NCBI GenBank assembly: GCA_964199315.1
Contig: OZ116700.1
Location: 9,114,001-9,178,000, forward strand
Length of the DNA: 64,000 nucleotides
Reading direction: 5' to 3'
Source of the DNA: Orbicella franksi
Taxonomy: Eukaryota
A program made the translations under genes and the position numbers. This document shows, piece after piece, positions 39,465 to 51,700 of this stretch. Every line of letters begins with the position of its first letter. The first letter of the stretch is position 1. The notes below the pieces were generated by a model. It saw only the letters and a program-made list of their open reading frames with translations, had not been told where the DNA came from and did not search any database.

Positions 39465-40600
39465 ATGAATTCTTCCTGGCCGAACAATTCTTCAGAGGAA
39501 GCAAGGTCTCCAAGCTCTGCCGTCAGCCAAACAGTTTCTGGAAGTACCACTGCCAGTCAAGTCATCTACTCCATAGTTTCCCTTGTGGCATTACTTGGAA
39601 ACACGCTTGTTATTCTTGTCTTCATCTTTGATAAGAAGCTTTAAAGAAATCCTACAACACGTTAATCTTTTCCCTGGCTATCGCTGATGTTCTGACCGCC
39701 ATGAGCTTGATTACAAACCCGGCTTTTGTTCTAGGTGACTCTTTTCCTTATCCAACTGGTCCTGTCCTGGGCGAGCTTTTCTGCCGACTCATATGGAGCC
39801 GGGCGATTCTCTTCCAGTTGGTGGTATTCTCCGTCTACATATGCTTAGCGCTGACGGCGGAGCGATGGTTTGCTGTAGTGAAGCCGCATAAGTACAACGA
39901 CGCCTTCAGCAGAAAAAAGATTACCTGCTACATCTTCTCTTCTTGGGTATGTGCGTTTTTATCGGCAGGTTCAGGAATGATTGAAACAGTGTACAGAGCC
40001 TCACCCAACAAAATCTGCGAGTTCCAGTTTATTGCTGGAGGATCCGTTCTGCGTGTCGTGATAGGGGTCTTTCAATCTGTGGTGAAAATGGTTTTCCCTT
40101 GCGCCACTATGATGGGCCTGTACATCCACATGATTTATACAGTGAAGATGTCCGCGGCTGCGTCAGCGGCAAGCAAAGTTAAACTGCGCTCGAGAATAAC
40201 GCGGATGGTGGGAGTTGTCTGTTGCACTCTAATCATTTGTTACGCGCCAAACCAAATCCTCTGGGTGTTTGCATTGGCGGGAAAAGTAGAGTTGGATTCC
40301 GAGGTACACCACGCGACCGCACTGCTCACGTTTGTCGCCAGTTGCGTCAATCCAGTTATCTATGGGTTGAGCAACAGCAATTACCGAGAGCGCTATAAGG
40401 AGATTCTGGTTACTGCGTATCACAGAGTGTGTGATGGGAGAGCCAGCCAAGCAAACCAACCCAGCGTGGCTGGCGCTAACGGAAGACAACCGCGCGTACA
40501 TCCAGGACCACAACAAAAAGACATTCCGCAAAAAAAAGAACCCACTGAAAATGTAAACTTCTTTGCTACGTCTTCTGAGGTGTATACTGAAATTAATTGA
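39465..40600 (+). CDS. Intronless class A (rhodopsin-like) GPCR, peptide-receptor-like, interrupted by a 1-nt frameshift at 39640-39642
   Basis: ATG at 39465 gives MNSSWPNNSS (N-glycosylation sequons) and TM1 ..VALLGNTLVILVF. The downstream frame gives LAIAD (TM2), ERW (DRY position), CYAP (TM6) and NPVIY (TM7). Adding one T to AAGCTTTAAAG restores KKLLKKSYN and a 378-aa protein. Confidence 0.88.
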
Positions 40601-40917
40601 AACTGCCGTTCGTATAATTTTAATTTTGAGCAGGGCTCAGTAATGCCTTTGCATTTAATTTCTGAATTTTCTTATTTAGGTAGCACCTAGCCAATGTAAT
40701 GTGCTTGCAACTTTTGATTTCAGCACTGATAAGGTTTCTCGAGAATGGTTTAAAAATATTTCAAATGGATTAGATGCTTCAAATTTTCAAATTGAGACAT
40801 GGGCTTTGTCTCAGTGAAGTTTTGAATAACTGGGTGACACGCTTTAGTGTACATATAGATATCAGTTTTAAGTTGAATTGTTGAATTCTCATGGAGCGAT
40901 CACCGGGAGATCTATGT

Positions 40918-41160
40918 GAAGATGTATGTGGGTTCTAAATAATGGTAGAGATGTATACTTTGTTGTTCTATTTAAAGGTAGAGATGTATATATTTGTTCT
41001 AAATTATGGTAGAGATGCATATGATTTCTGTTCTAATTAATGGTAGAGATGTATATATCTCTTCATACTGACTGGTGGAGATGAGCCTATGTTCTAATAT
41101 AATTAATGGTAGAGATTTATATAATGTTCTAAATAATGGTAGAGGATGTATATACACTGC
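40918..41160. repeat. Degenerate minisatellite downstream of the GPCR
   Basis: About 6 copies of TTCTAAATAATGGTAGAGATGTATA-like units. Confidence 0.75.
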
Positions 41161-42643
41161 ATATTATAAGTAATGTTAGAAATGATGCATTGAATGTAAA
41201 AAAGAGCATTTGGCCTTATGATAAAGCTGAAGACGGCCACGCTTGTAGGACAAGACCATGTTAAGCTTAACCATAACATTTATTTGCAGCCAAGGAGGAA
41301 AAAAAAGGAAAATACGCGAAAATAAACGTTATCGTAGCTATATGAACTTTTCCTTATGTGACTTGTCTCTGTGTTTCCTAATTCGCAAATCTCATTGGAA
41401 CACATACACGCACATGAATATTTTCAAGCTGTTCTTTTTTTAAAGATTTCATGTCTCAATATTAATTAACCACATATTTTATAGTATGGTGGTATTTCGC
41501 CACGTTTACTAAAACCCATACATTGAAAAGTGAAGCGAAAATTTTGATTTAAACTTCACAATGAACCCTAGAAATTCCCGCTCCTGTCAAATTGGAATAC
41601 TCCTCAGGGTTGAGGTCTTATTGTATTCTGATCACTGTCAAAAGATGTCGAAGATCGAGGTGCTTACCTCAATGCAATGCTCATTCTCAACCGTCCCGTC
41701 CCGTCTCCTCTTCAATAGGTCAGTGTCAAAAGTTCTCTTTCCTAATTGTGCCATATCAACATGATAGCCAAATGCGACCAAATATACAAGTAGAAAAAAG
41801 GTGTAGTTTAGGGAAGAAGTTAAGGATGACAAAAAATGGAAGTGGATTACGGCTTGATTTTGTGGCAAGATGTCAAGAATTCGAAATTGCCTTTGTGGTG
41901 AATTTTTTTTTCTCCAAGCGAAAGAGTTTTGCGTAATTTTTAATGTTAGTAATTAATTTTTTTTCAGAGGGGGTGGGGGTGTGTGGGTGAGTGAGTGATA
42001 TTTCTCTGCTTTACGCCTCTCAGCTTTTGCTGTTTTGCAATATTAAAAGCAGGTTAACAGCAAGTTCCTAGTCATATTTATTAATTGGCTTGGCACGTTA
42101 ATTATACTCTGCCATGCCTAGGCCCTTCTGTGTTACTGTTCAAGTTTCTGTGAAATTTAAAATTGGCGTTTTGGACCTTTGCTGCCCTCAGACAAATAAA
42201 GCAAGGCACAGAATGTACTCTTAGCCACGAAATGTATATATCCCTGTCGCTACTACAAGTTAAATGAAATTCTCCAGCCGAATCGCTTTCAATGTATGTC
42301 ATGCAAAGATTTTAATTTATTCAATATGGCGGCGAGTCGAGTAAATGTTTAATACACTTCTGACACTCCTTGATATTTCAAGCTATTTCATTCACTCAGT
42401 GGTATTCATATGACATCCCATCTCGACTCTGTTTCGTTCTACTTTCGACTTAAGCTTCTGCGTAGATTAAAAATCTGACTAAAAGACTAAAAGATCAAGT
42501 CGCACTTCGGCTCGATTTCCGCCGCTTTCTCGAGTCCTGTCGCAAGCGGAATAAAAATGCTGGAATAACTTTTCTTCTTACTGAAATAATTCCTATATAT
42601 TTTAACAAGAAGGCAGGAATAAAATTCTGGTAAAAAAGAAAAA

Positions 42644-42789
42644 NNNNNNNNNNNNNNNNNNNNNNNNNNNNNNNNNNNNNNNNNNNNNNNNNNNNNNNNN
42701 NNNNNNNNNNNNNNNNNNNNNNNNNNNNNNNNNNNNNNNNNNNNNNNNNNNNNNNNNNNNNNNNNNNNNNNNNNNNNNNNNNNNNNNNN
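42644..42789. other. Assembly gap (146 N)
   Basis: Run of n characters. Confidence 1.
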
Positions 42790-42947
42790 CGATGGAAAAT
42801 TTATATATTTAAATATATTTTCATGACACCTTTTTGTATTTAACGCACCACAATAACTCTTTGTTGTTAAATACGTTCATGTAAAGATCAAAGCTGAAGT
42901 TATAAGTAAACAATCTTCTGTTTAAAATATCGGCAGAAGCGAGCGGT

Positions 42948-43510
42948 AATAGATCGTTTTCACGTGACGTCATCACTTTCTAAAATCCAAACTTGAAGGG
43001 CTACCAAAGTTTTTATCCTCATCAGGCATATGAGGCGGTATATTTATATCTGTTAACAATTTTACAGGTCAATAGCGTGCTTCGTTTGGAAACCAGAGCG
43101 TTTTGAATTTCAGGGTTATGGAGGTGCGTGACACAAGGCTACGATCGAGTTTGTTGAAAAATATATACTTATCTCATGATTTTGAGCCTTTTTAGAAGTG
43201 AGAAACGTGCTTAAGTAAATGTTTGCTTGTTCAGTACTGATAATCAGTCACCGAGACAGCCAAAGTAAGTTCCAGGTGTTTACAATAGTTTCCGGCCGCC
43301 ATGTTGGTGTACCACGATGTACACCAACATGGCGTTTTCATACTGCGGTCCGTAAATTTCTGCTAAACATTTCTGCTAAACATATCTGAAGTTTGGGGAG
43401 GTACACAGACCTAAAACTTGGAGAAGTGTCTTATTTAGTTATCTTCTATGACATCACAACTTCTTTGCTTTTTCCACTCGATGGTTTTCGATTTTTTTTT
43501 CATTGCGTGA
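42948..43510. mobile_element. MITE-like interspersed repeat
   Basis: Begins AATAGATCGTTTTCACGTGACGTCA and ends GCGTGACAGTAAAAACGAACCATT, with imperfect inverted ends. Confidence 0.45.
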
Positions 43511-45302
43511 CAGTAAAAACGAACCATTGTTTAGTAAAATATTGCGTGAGATATTAGTGTCACGCATTTCTTAACAGAGGCCATTTATGTCAGAATGTTT
43601 AGGGATTTCTTTTGAAATAATTGCAGATATGAATAGATCGTAAAATCTTTTTATTCTACTATATTGATGAAACACGTTGATGCCCTGGTCCCATACGTTT
43701 TCTTTTTTCTTTCCTCTAAACTGAAGTGAAATTGCGCCGTGAAAATTCTTTTACCTTATTTTTTTCACGAAAACGGGAAAATAATTTACCACAGGAACAT
43801 GCTGACTAAGATGCAATTTACAGACTTTGCTGTGGCGGACCAGACTGCAGAATATTGTAAAAGCTTTTCTTTTTATATTTTCAAGCGTATTATCATAACA
43901 TTACGTATTATTTAAATTCACTTTTTAAATGAAAAATTATAAAACCAGCTACGTTTCCACCTCGAAAGACGTTTAAACGAACAGTGCATATGATATAAAT
44001 TACAAAATGATCGACTTTAAATAAAAAAATTAACAGAGCTACGCACCTCTTCAGAACCTGTAATTTCGTTCGCTAAGGGCTAGATTCATTGTTGTTTGCG
44101 CTACTGTTTTCTCAGCCAATCCTGCAAAGCTTTCCGAGAGATGCGTGCCCCCTAAGAAAATAATTTCCTCGTATGTCTTACAGTAATTTCCTTTTTAAAG
44201 CTATGTCAAACATTTTTACCGAAGCCTAAAAATTGTAATACCTACGAAGCCTTTGGCCTTGGTTTACGTGATAAAATATAATTTCCTTCCGAGTCCTAGA
44301 TTGCGTTACATGTAGTTAAGAAATAAACAAGATAATGCATGCGCCGTGACTGATTAAAAGAGAATAACTACTTCATACAGAAACTACAATATTACTTTCC
44401 TTGCCTCAGAGAAATTATGGAAACTCTTGAAATTTTGGGAGATGTGGACTGATCAAGCTTTTATTGGTTATTAGTTATTTATTAGTTACTGTCTCCCAAA
44501 TATCCAGTTATCTTAGTAAGACCCAAGAGAGATTGTTTCCTCTTCTTAACGTTTAGATAATGTATGCGTGAATCCTAAACAGCAAGTAGCAAAAGTCAAA
44601 TTTTGCTTATCCTATATGGTACTTTTTACACCTGTCTTGTTGCATATGTTTTTTTTTTTTTTCATTCCTGGAAATAAATAAAATTGTCAGAACGAGATAT
44701 TCCTAACCCATTCTACCCCTCCCATAGCAATTCTAAATCACGATCTCAAAGTGAACGCGGGAACGCAGGTCGAATTCTGAAGGCTGACGACGACACGCGA
44801 ACTTGAGAACTGAGTTAGTGTCAATCAGTTTATAGGTGACAAATGCCACCACTAAGCGGAGCTAGAGAAGTAGGAAGCTAAAAAATAACAACACGCAAGG
44901 ATGCATGGGTAAATACACACAAGACTACATGATGCACATATGTATCGAATACGCTGAACAGTACGCAACTACTACTACTGTAGTACTTTTTTGGACATTG
45001 CGGTGGTAGTGAATCAAAAACGAACCAAGAAACGAAGGGAAACGCAGAACGGCCTTGTGTTAACCAAGAGACTTATGACTGTTATTTACTACCAACCTGT
45101 TGATAGTAACAGTTTTCTGTAATACCAAGACTTAACTCACGTGCGCTTAAAATATAGACAACCACTGTTAGTCATTGTGCTGATATTACAAACTCATACG
45201 AACTGAAACAACGTAAAAAGAATGATGACGTCATCAACTAATAAAAGTATTTTATACACTAAGCAAATAAAGACGAATTAAAACTACAGTAAAACTTCCC
45301 AA

Positions 45303-45605
45303 TACAGTTGAATACCGCTATTTCGAATTCTTAGGGAAAACGAAAAGCACAGTAGTTCGAAATAGCCGATAGTAAACTGACTGAATGGCGAATTTAAGGG
45401 AAATGAAATTGAGTTCGAAATAACAGAGAATTAAAAATAGCCAAGTTTGAATTTGCGGGGTCGAACTGTAGTCCGAAATAGCGAGAATTCGAAACAGCCG
45501 ATAGTTTACCGACTGAAGGGTACATCCAGGGGAAATGAAAAGTTGAGTTCGAAATAACGGGAAATTAAAGAATAACCGAGTTCGAATTAGCGGGGTCGGA
45601 CTGTA
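45303..45605. mobile_element. Tc1/mariner-type MITE with TA flanks
   Basis: TACAGTTGAATACCGCTATTTCGAA / TTCGAATTAGCGGGGTCGGACTGTA imperfect TIRs, with an internal duplicated GTTCGAAATA(A/G)C block. Confidence 0.7.
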
Positions 45606-45779
45606 TTTAACAATTGAGTAAAGCACAGGCTTTTGACTTCATGTTTAAACCTCACTGGCCAGATAAATTCATGGTCCAACCCAATCCTTTCCTCGATGCA
45701 AAACTTAAATTACTAAAAGGCTATGGGATACTCTATATAAAAATACTAGCTGCCAGTGATCATCATAATAATCGTAGGC

Positions 45780-48700
45780 TTAGTCAGGTCCAAATTCGTT
45801 GACGAGGAAATGATACATGAAACGTGCTTTCTTCTGGGTCAGCTGATTGACATTTCTCTTGCTAAGGCCTGCCTCCTTCTTTTTCGGTGCTCTCAAGAAC
45901 AGGGTACCAAATAAGGTGGCTGCAGTCAATAAAACAGCTTGTTAGAGATAAAACATGATTGACCATGGATACTTAATGGTCATACAATTCCTCTGTGGGT
46001 AACAATGGGAATAACGTCGATTTTCCAGTTAGGTTAATAAAGCACAGTCATTGAGGGCTCTGAGGAGAAGCAAGGTAATGAATAAGTGGGTTTATGCATG
46101 CGAGGGAGTATAGGTGCGCGCGAGAGCGCGTGCCTGCGAGCAAGTAGAACGATTTGTAAACTGATGAAAATGATTCGACTTACCCAGAGTTTTGGCGTCC
46201 AGTTTATTATCGTTAGAGTGCAGTAACAGCTCTCTCAGGAATGAACTAATATACGTAAACACATTCTGGTGGCTTTGAGGCATCTGGAATATCAACTGCA
46301 AGTGAAAAAACATACATGAGAAAATGACAGAAACTTGTCTGTACCAACTTTAAAGAAACTACCTGAACACCCACCAACAACATGCAATATCAGACAATGT
46401 TTTGACAACAAGAGAGGCCACACGGCCAAAAGCAGTACAGTCGAACCTGTTCACAACGGCCACCTTGGGGACGAAAAAGTGACCATTGATCAACTGGCCG
46501 CTGTCGAGGGGTTATTTTAGCAGTTGGGGCGCGCTTTAGTGGCCAATGCCGTTGTGGAGAGGTTAAAATAGAAGTGAGTGTATGGGCCTTCCGCCGGGAC
46601 AAAAAAGTGGCTGTTGTAGAGAGGTGGTCGCTAGTGCAGGTTTAACCCTAGTTACAATAAGTAGGAATTCTAAGTCAGTTTCATCTCCTTTGTCATTCAG
46701 GCCTTGAATCTTCTTTACACAAGCCATAATGCATGGCTCCCGCATATATACCTTTTTAAAGAACAAATTTCTTGTTCATACATTTGTTTCGAGAAGTAAT
46801 TTGTTTTGCTTTACTACGCTACACAATTGGCTTAAAAGACACGCTACTTTTTCATCCAATCAGAAGTAAAAACCAAAGCCCATCGCGACTCGCTCGCACA
46901 CGTTTTCCTGCGCTTCGCGTCAAGTACAAGCATTTAATTTACTTCTTATTTTGGTTTTGGTCTTACCACACGCAATTGGAAGCCGCTCTGAAGATTAAGT
47001 TGGTGAAATCACTTCGAGTGGGGTATGGGGCTGACAAAAAAAAAACAACAATAACAGCAACAACAACAAAATCGGTCAGCGATTAGCCAGTTGAGGGCAG
47101 TCTGGTAAGGAACATCTCGCAGGAGACGAAACTCGTCCTATAAAAAAACTAGGAACCCTAGTGAAATGCCGAGTCATGTCAAATCTTACCTGTTTGCAAA
47201 GCATGTAGTTATTGCAGCACTCAAGAGCTCTCTGGTAAAATGCATAAGGAATCACGGGTTCAGGTAAGGCTTCTAGAAAAATAAGTAAAGCTTCTGCTAC
47301 GGAGTAAATACTGCCAGCTTGGAACACGTCAAGGAACTATAACCACATCATGTTAGGTGCAATAAAACGCGGATGGCAAAATGGCTTTGTGGTTATATGA
47401 TCATTTTTGGGGATATTTAGAATTACCCTCAAATCAAAGGAAGCCACTAAATAATACCACAGAAGGGGCGTTAAGACTGGAACTTGCTACAGAAAAAAAA
47501 ATATGGGGAGGAGTACAAAACCCGGCAAAACAGACGGTAATACAAAATTTCGATTCTTTTAATAAGGCGACGTGAACAGCGAGGCCTAGTGGCTAAGGCG
47601 GTGCACTTGTAGCCCCCCCTCTGCCACTGGCCCGCCTACACTAGCACTAGCTATCCGCGGGCCAGTCTAATTTAAAAAAAATGTAAATTGAGGAACGAGA
47701 ATAAAGATTGCTTCCTTACATTAGCCTTCAAATGTTTGTAGTTAATTGTGTTTGGTAGAATCAAGACATACTAAATGTGACATTCCTGAAACAAGATAAA
47801 ACAATTGGAAAAAGTGGGCATGAAATTACAAGTAAAAACACCAGAAGGATACGCAGTTTACCACCACGGCAACAATCTAAATGTGTTCTGATCGCTTCCA
47901 AATCTCTCTCAAATCCAGACTGCCTGAGAATGTTCTCCTGAAGGGAAACCAAGAGTAGTATGTTAGCAAGATTGTCTTACGTGCTCCATCGTGTAGCACT
48001 CACGATTTGTCTCACCTGGCGCATGCCAAAGTTGAATAAGTGATCTGTTAGAAGCCACAGCTCTTTGGGAATTTCCAGTGGATGGGAATCTGATGAAGCT
48101 GAGGGATTTGATGAGTCGATATGCTCCTAATAGAAGGGAAAGAAGACAAATTAAGGTTTCTTTCTGAGAAATGCAACTATAGTAATATATATATTTTATT
48201 AGATGTTTTAGTGTGTAGTATCGCTGTATATTTTTACGAGTTGTGCCGTACTTTGACGAGCCCGTAGGGCGAGTCAAAATACAAACAACGAGTAAAAATA
48301 CACAGGGATGCTGCACACCAAAACATGCAATAAGAGATTTATTATCCAACTGCTGTATTCAATAAATTTATCAATGAAAGAGGGAGAGTGTGACAGTTTA
48401 GCGTGCGCGCGCCGACCTGTACGGCAAACAGGTTTTCTACTGGACAAATATGGCAAACAGGTTTTCTACTGTACAATATCGCTGTATATTTGTACTGTTA
48501 TTTGGACGGTATTCGGTGCAGTTGGATAATAAGGCAATTTACCGCACCCAAATTCGCAAGTAGTCAATCGGAAGCCGTCCTGATATCCTGCGATATCAAG
48601 TAATTGATCTGATATCGCTAGATATCATGCTCACTTGGTCCAATTTGGGTGCGGTAAATACCTTTTTTGGTACGCGTCGGAGCTGGCATATCAGGCGAGT

Positions 48701-51700
48701 TTGGTATCACCATGGGCATTTTGACTCGACTACGTCTCGCTAAAATACGAATCATGGCTCGATCAAATTCGCCTGATATGCCGCCGAAGCATACCAAAAA
48801 GGTACAATTAGGTAATAATAGTTAAATGGAAACTAAACTCACCAAGTTTACAAGAGTTGCAACAGGAACTTCTCTGATAGGTCCGTACATGCGTACCAAC
48901 GCTTCAATAGATGAACCGAAAACACTTGGGAGATAGTTACCGCTGACCGACACCTGTCTACCGTTAAGAAAATTACTGCAATATTGAAGGGAGCTATTTT
49001 CACTTAGCACAATATTACCACTGGAAGTAATATAATGTAAATACCTCTCAGGGGTTTCATTAAGGGCCGGGCACCGGGCAAACTGCCTGACCGTGAGGAT
49101 GATTTTCAGTGCCCCTCTGGTTTGACCATCTAGCGGAAGGTTTTTCTTATAAAGAAGTTCAGTTCTAATAGTTTTGCCTACGTGTGAAAACAAGTTGCCC
49201 TTCTGCTGAAAACGTTAATGAAACCCCTGATTATCACAGTAAGTAACTGTACCTGCAAAAAATTAACGTTTTTTGTCGCGCACCCAGCTCTTGGAAATTC
49301 GACAGTGATGATTCCATAGATAATTAGTCTGTGATCTTCCTTAGGGCTGCGTTTTCAGTATCGAAGTGCTCATCTTGAAGACAGCAGACTCGATATTCGT
49401 AATTTGTTGTAAGTTATAAGTATTGCAATGTTAGTAATGAACTATAGGTAATGCAAGACATGCAGTGAAAAAAAAAAACTAAATAAAATTAATAAGTAGA
49501 CTATGTAGCAACGTAGGAAGACACTTCTAGGTCTTTCCTAAAGAACATGTGACTACTCCAAAAAGGGTCAGCGAAGGAGGTTATAGATTTGTGAATTCCA
49601 AGGATATAAAAAAGTCTTTTCCACCCTCCAAGTGAAGAACGAGAATATCTTCAAGTTTCTCGTCTCCAGAATTCATGGTTCTTGACGATTCTTTATCAAC
49701 GTACACAGTCAGACGAACATGTTTGGTGCCTCCTGCCAGGACAAAGAACAAAGACTGTAAAACTACTCAAAAACAAGATCACGACACTTCTAATCTATTC
49801 CTTTTGAATCCAAGCTATAGACTACAGCTTTAACTTCAATCTCTTATTTCCATCGTTCATGAAAAGAGACGATAATTAAGTAAATTGACACAATCATGTG
49901 CGTCCAACTGCAATCTTTATCCCGGGTGGTAATCCTTACAATTACTCTCTGGATATGTTACCTGTTGTTATAATCCCCATACATGGTTTGACAGTCAACC
50001 AAGGCTTACAGTATTCAGTATCATCTAATTTAGCTATGAAAGCAAACCGAACTGGTACCTGTCAATCAATCAAACAGTCATCAATCACATAACCAAACCC
50101 AAGTTTCAAAATACACAGAAAATGGTAAAAAGACAAAAAATAACCCTTAGTAGAGTACCTATGACTATTTGCACAGTCATCCCATAATCGAGTATCAGGC
50201 AGGGGCGTAGCCAGAGGGGGGTGGTCCCTAAGGGTCCACCCCCCTCGCCCTTTTCTGGTGAAATGTTTGTTTTAGTAAAAAGCAGCCCTGAATAAGTTTG
50301 CTGAGTTTCGCAGTTAATGAAAGCATGATAATAGCCTTTACGAGATGTTGGGAAGAGAGAGAAAGAACGGATGGAGGGTAAGAGTGACGTACAGGTAAGA
50401 ACTGTATTTACAAATTAGAATTGGTCCAAACAAAGAGGTAAGTGCTGATATCCAGTTCAAACCAAAATACTCACCTGACCAGTGTTTACAATTTCCAAAG
50501 TGGCTGTCTGTTTTTCACGAAACTGGACATCTTTAAAAATAATCTACATAGAACAAGAAAAAAATAATCACAAACTTGGGGCTGGAGTTGTGATGTTCAA
50601 CCAAGCTCTCAGAGCTAAAATTCAAATAATTGTGTTGTAATGTGGAATGAGAATCAACATGTTGAGCTTGAAATAATAAAGGTTGACAAGTTTCCAATCC
50701 ACTATATGTGCAATACCTCTGTGGTACCCAGTTGGACTTGGGGCAGGTTTTCATTTTCTTTTCTGTCAAGTTTTCGTATGACATCTTCCATAACTTGTCT
50801 TTCTTGCTCCACATTTACAACTCTGACCTGTAAGTAGCAGTTGTTGGAGGTGAGCAGTAAAATCACATGCACGCAAAGACACTTCTAATATACATGTGGT
50901 GGTGGCTTATTCCTCAATGTACAGTAGTTGTAGACACTGTGACTTTTATTCTTATAGCCTATTCTGGGCTCCACTCTGTATCTGGTATAACCAACATTAT
51001 TATATGGATTGTGTTTGTAGTCGCTATAAATAAGGCACACTCTGATTGGCTAACTCTAGGGCATTATTATCTGTAATGCCCATCAGCCGATTGCGAGCCT
51101 GCAAAAACAAAGCAGAACGCCATATAATAAACTACTTCTTAACCTCGAACATTTGGTCTTTACAGGAAAATCTTAAACCTCAGTCTTGCTGTAAAATGGC
51201 AAGGTCTTGGTTTGAGATTTTCCCAGTCCTGACTCTTGCTTAATAAGTAGTTAAAACTGAATAAAAATGCCTTTGAATAGAAAACAAGGGAAAAAAGAAA
51301 GTAAGGTAACATATCTTGAGGTTCTAAATTATTATTATTTTATCCTGTCTAGGATTTTGAGGCCACACATTGAATCCATTTCTGACACTTAATGAGACAT
51401 AAAAGCATGAAATCGTAAAAATCTTATCTCACAATTCGTTTTTACTTGTTAAGAAAGCTTTTGGCAACCTTGTATGTAAAATATAAAATATCTTTAATGT
51501 AATTATCCCATGCCTATCATACATGGATCAAAACGCACTGTCTTGTTTTACAGACTTGAAAGCAAATAAAACATTATTTGTTGAGTTAAAGCATTATCAA
51601 TGCTTGTGACAGTAGAATAGAGCCTTGTGTATCACTTTTAGACTTTGAAAGGTCCCCACCCTCTCTATCCCACAAAATTGGGAATGCCTCTTTACAATGC

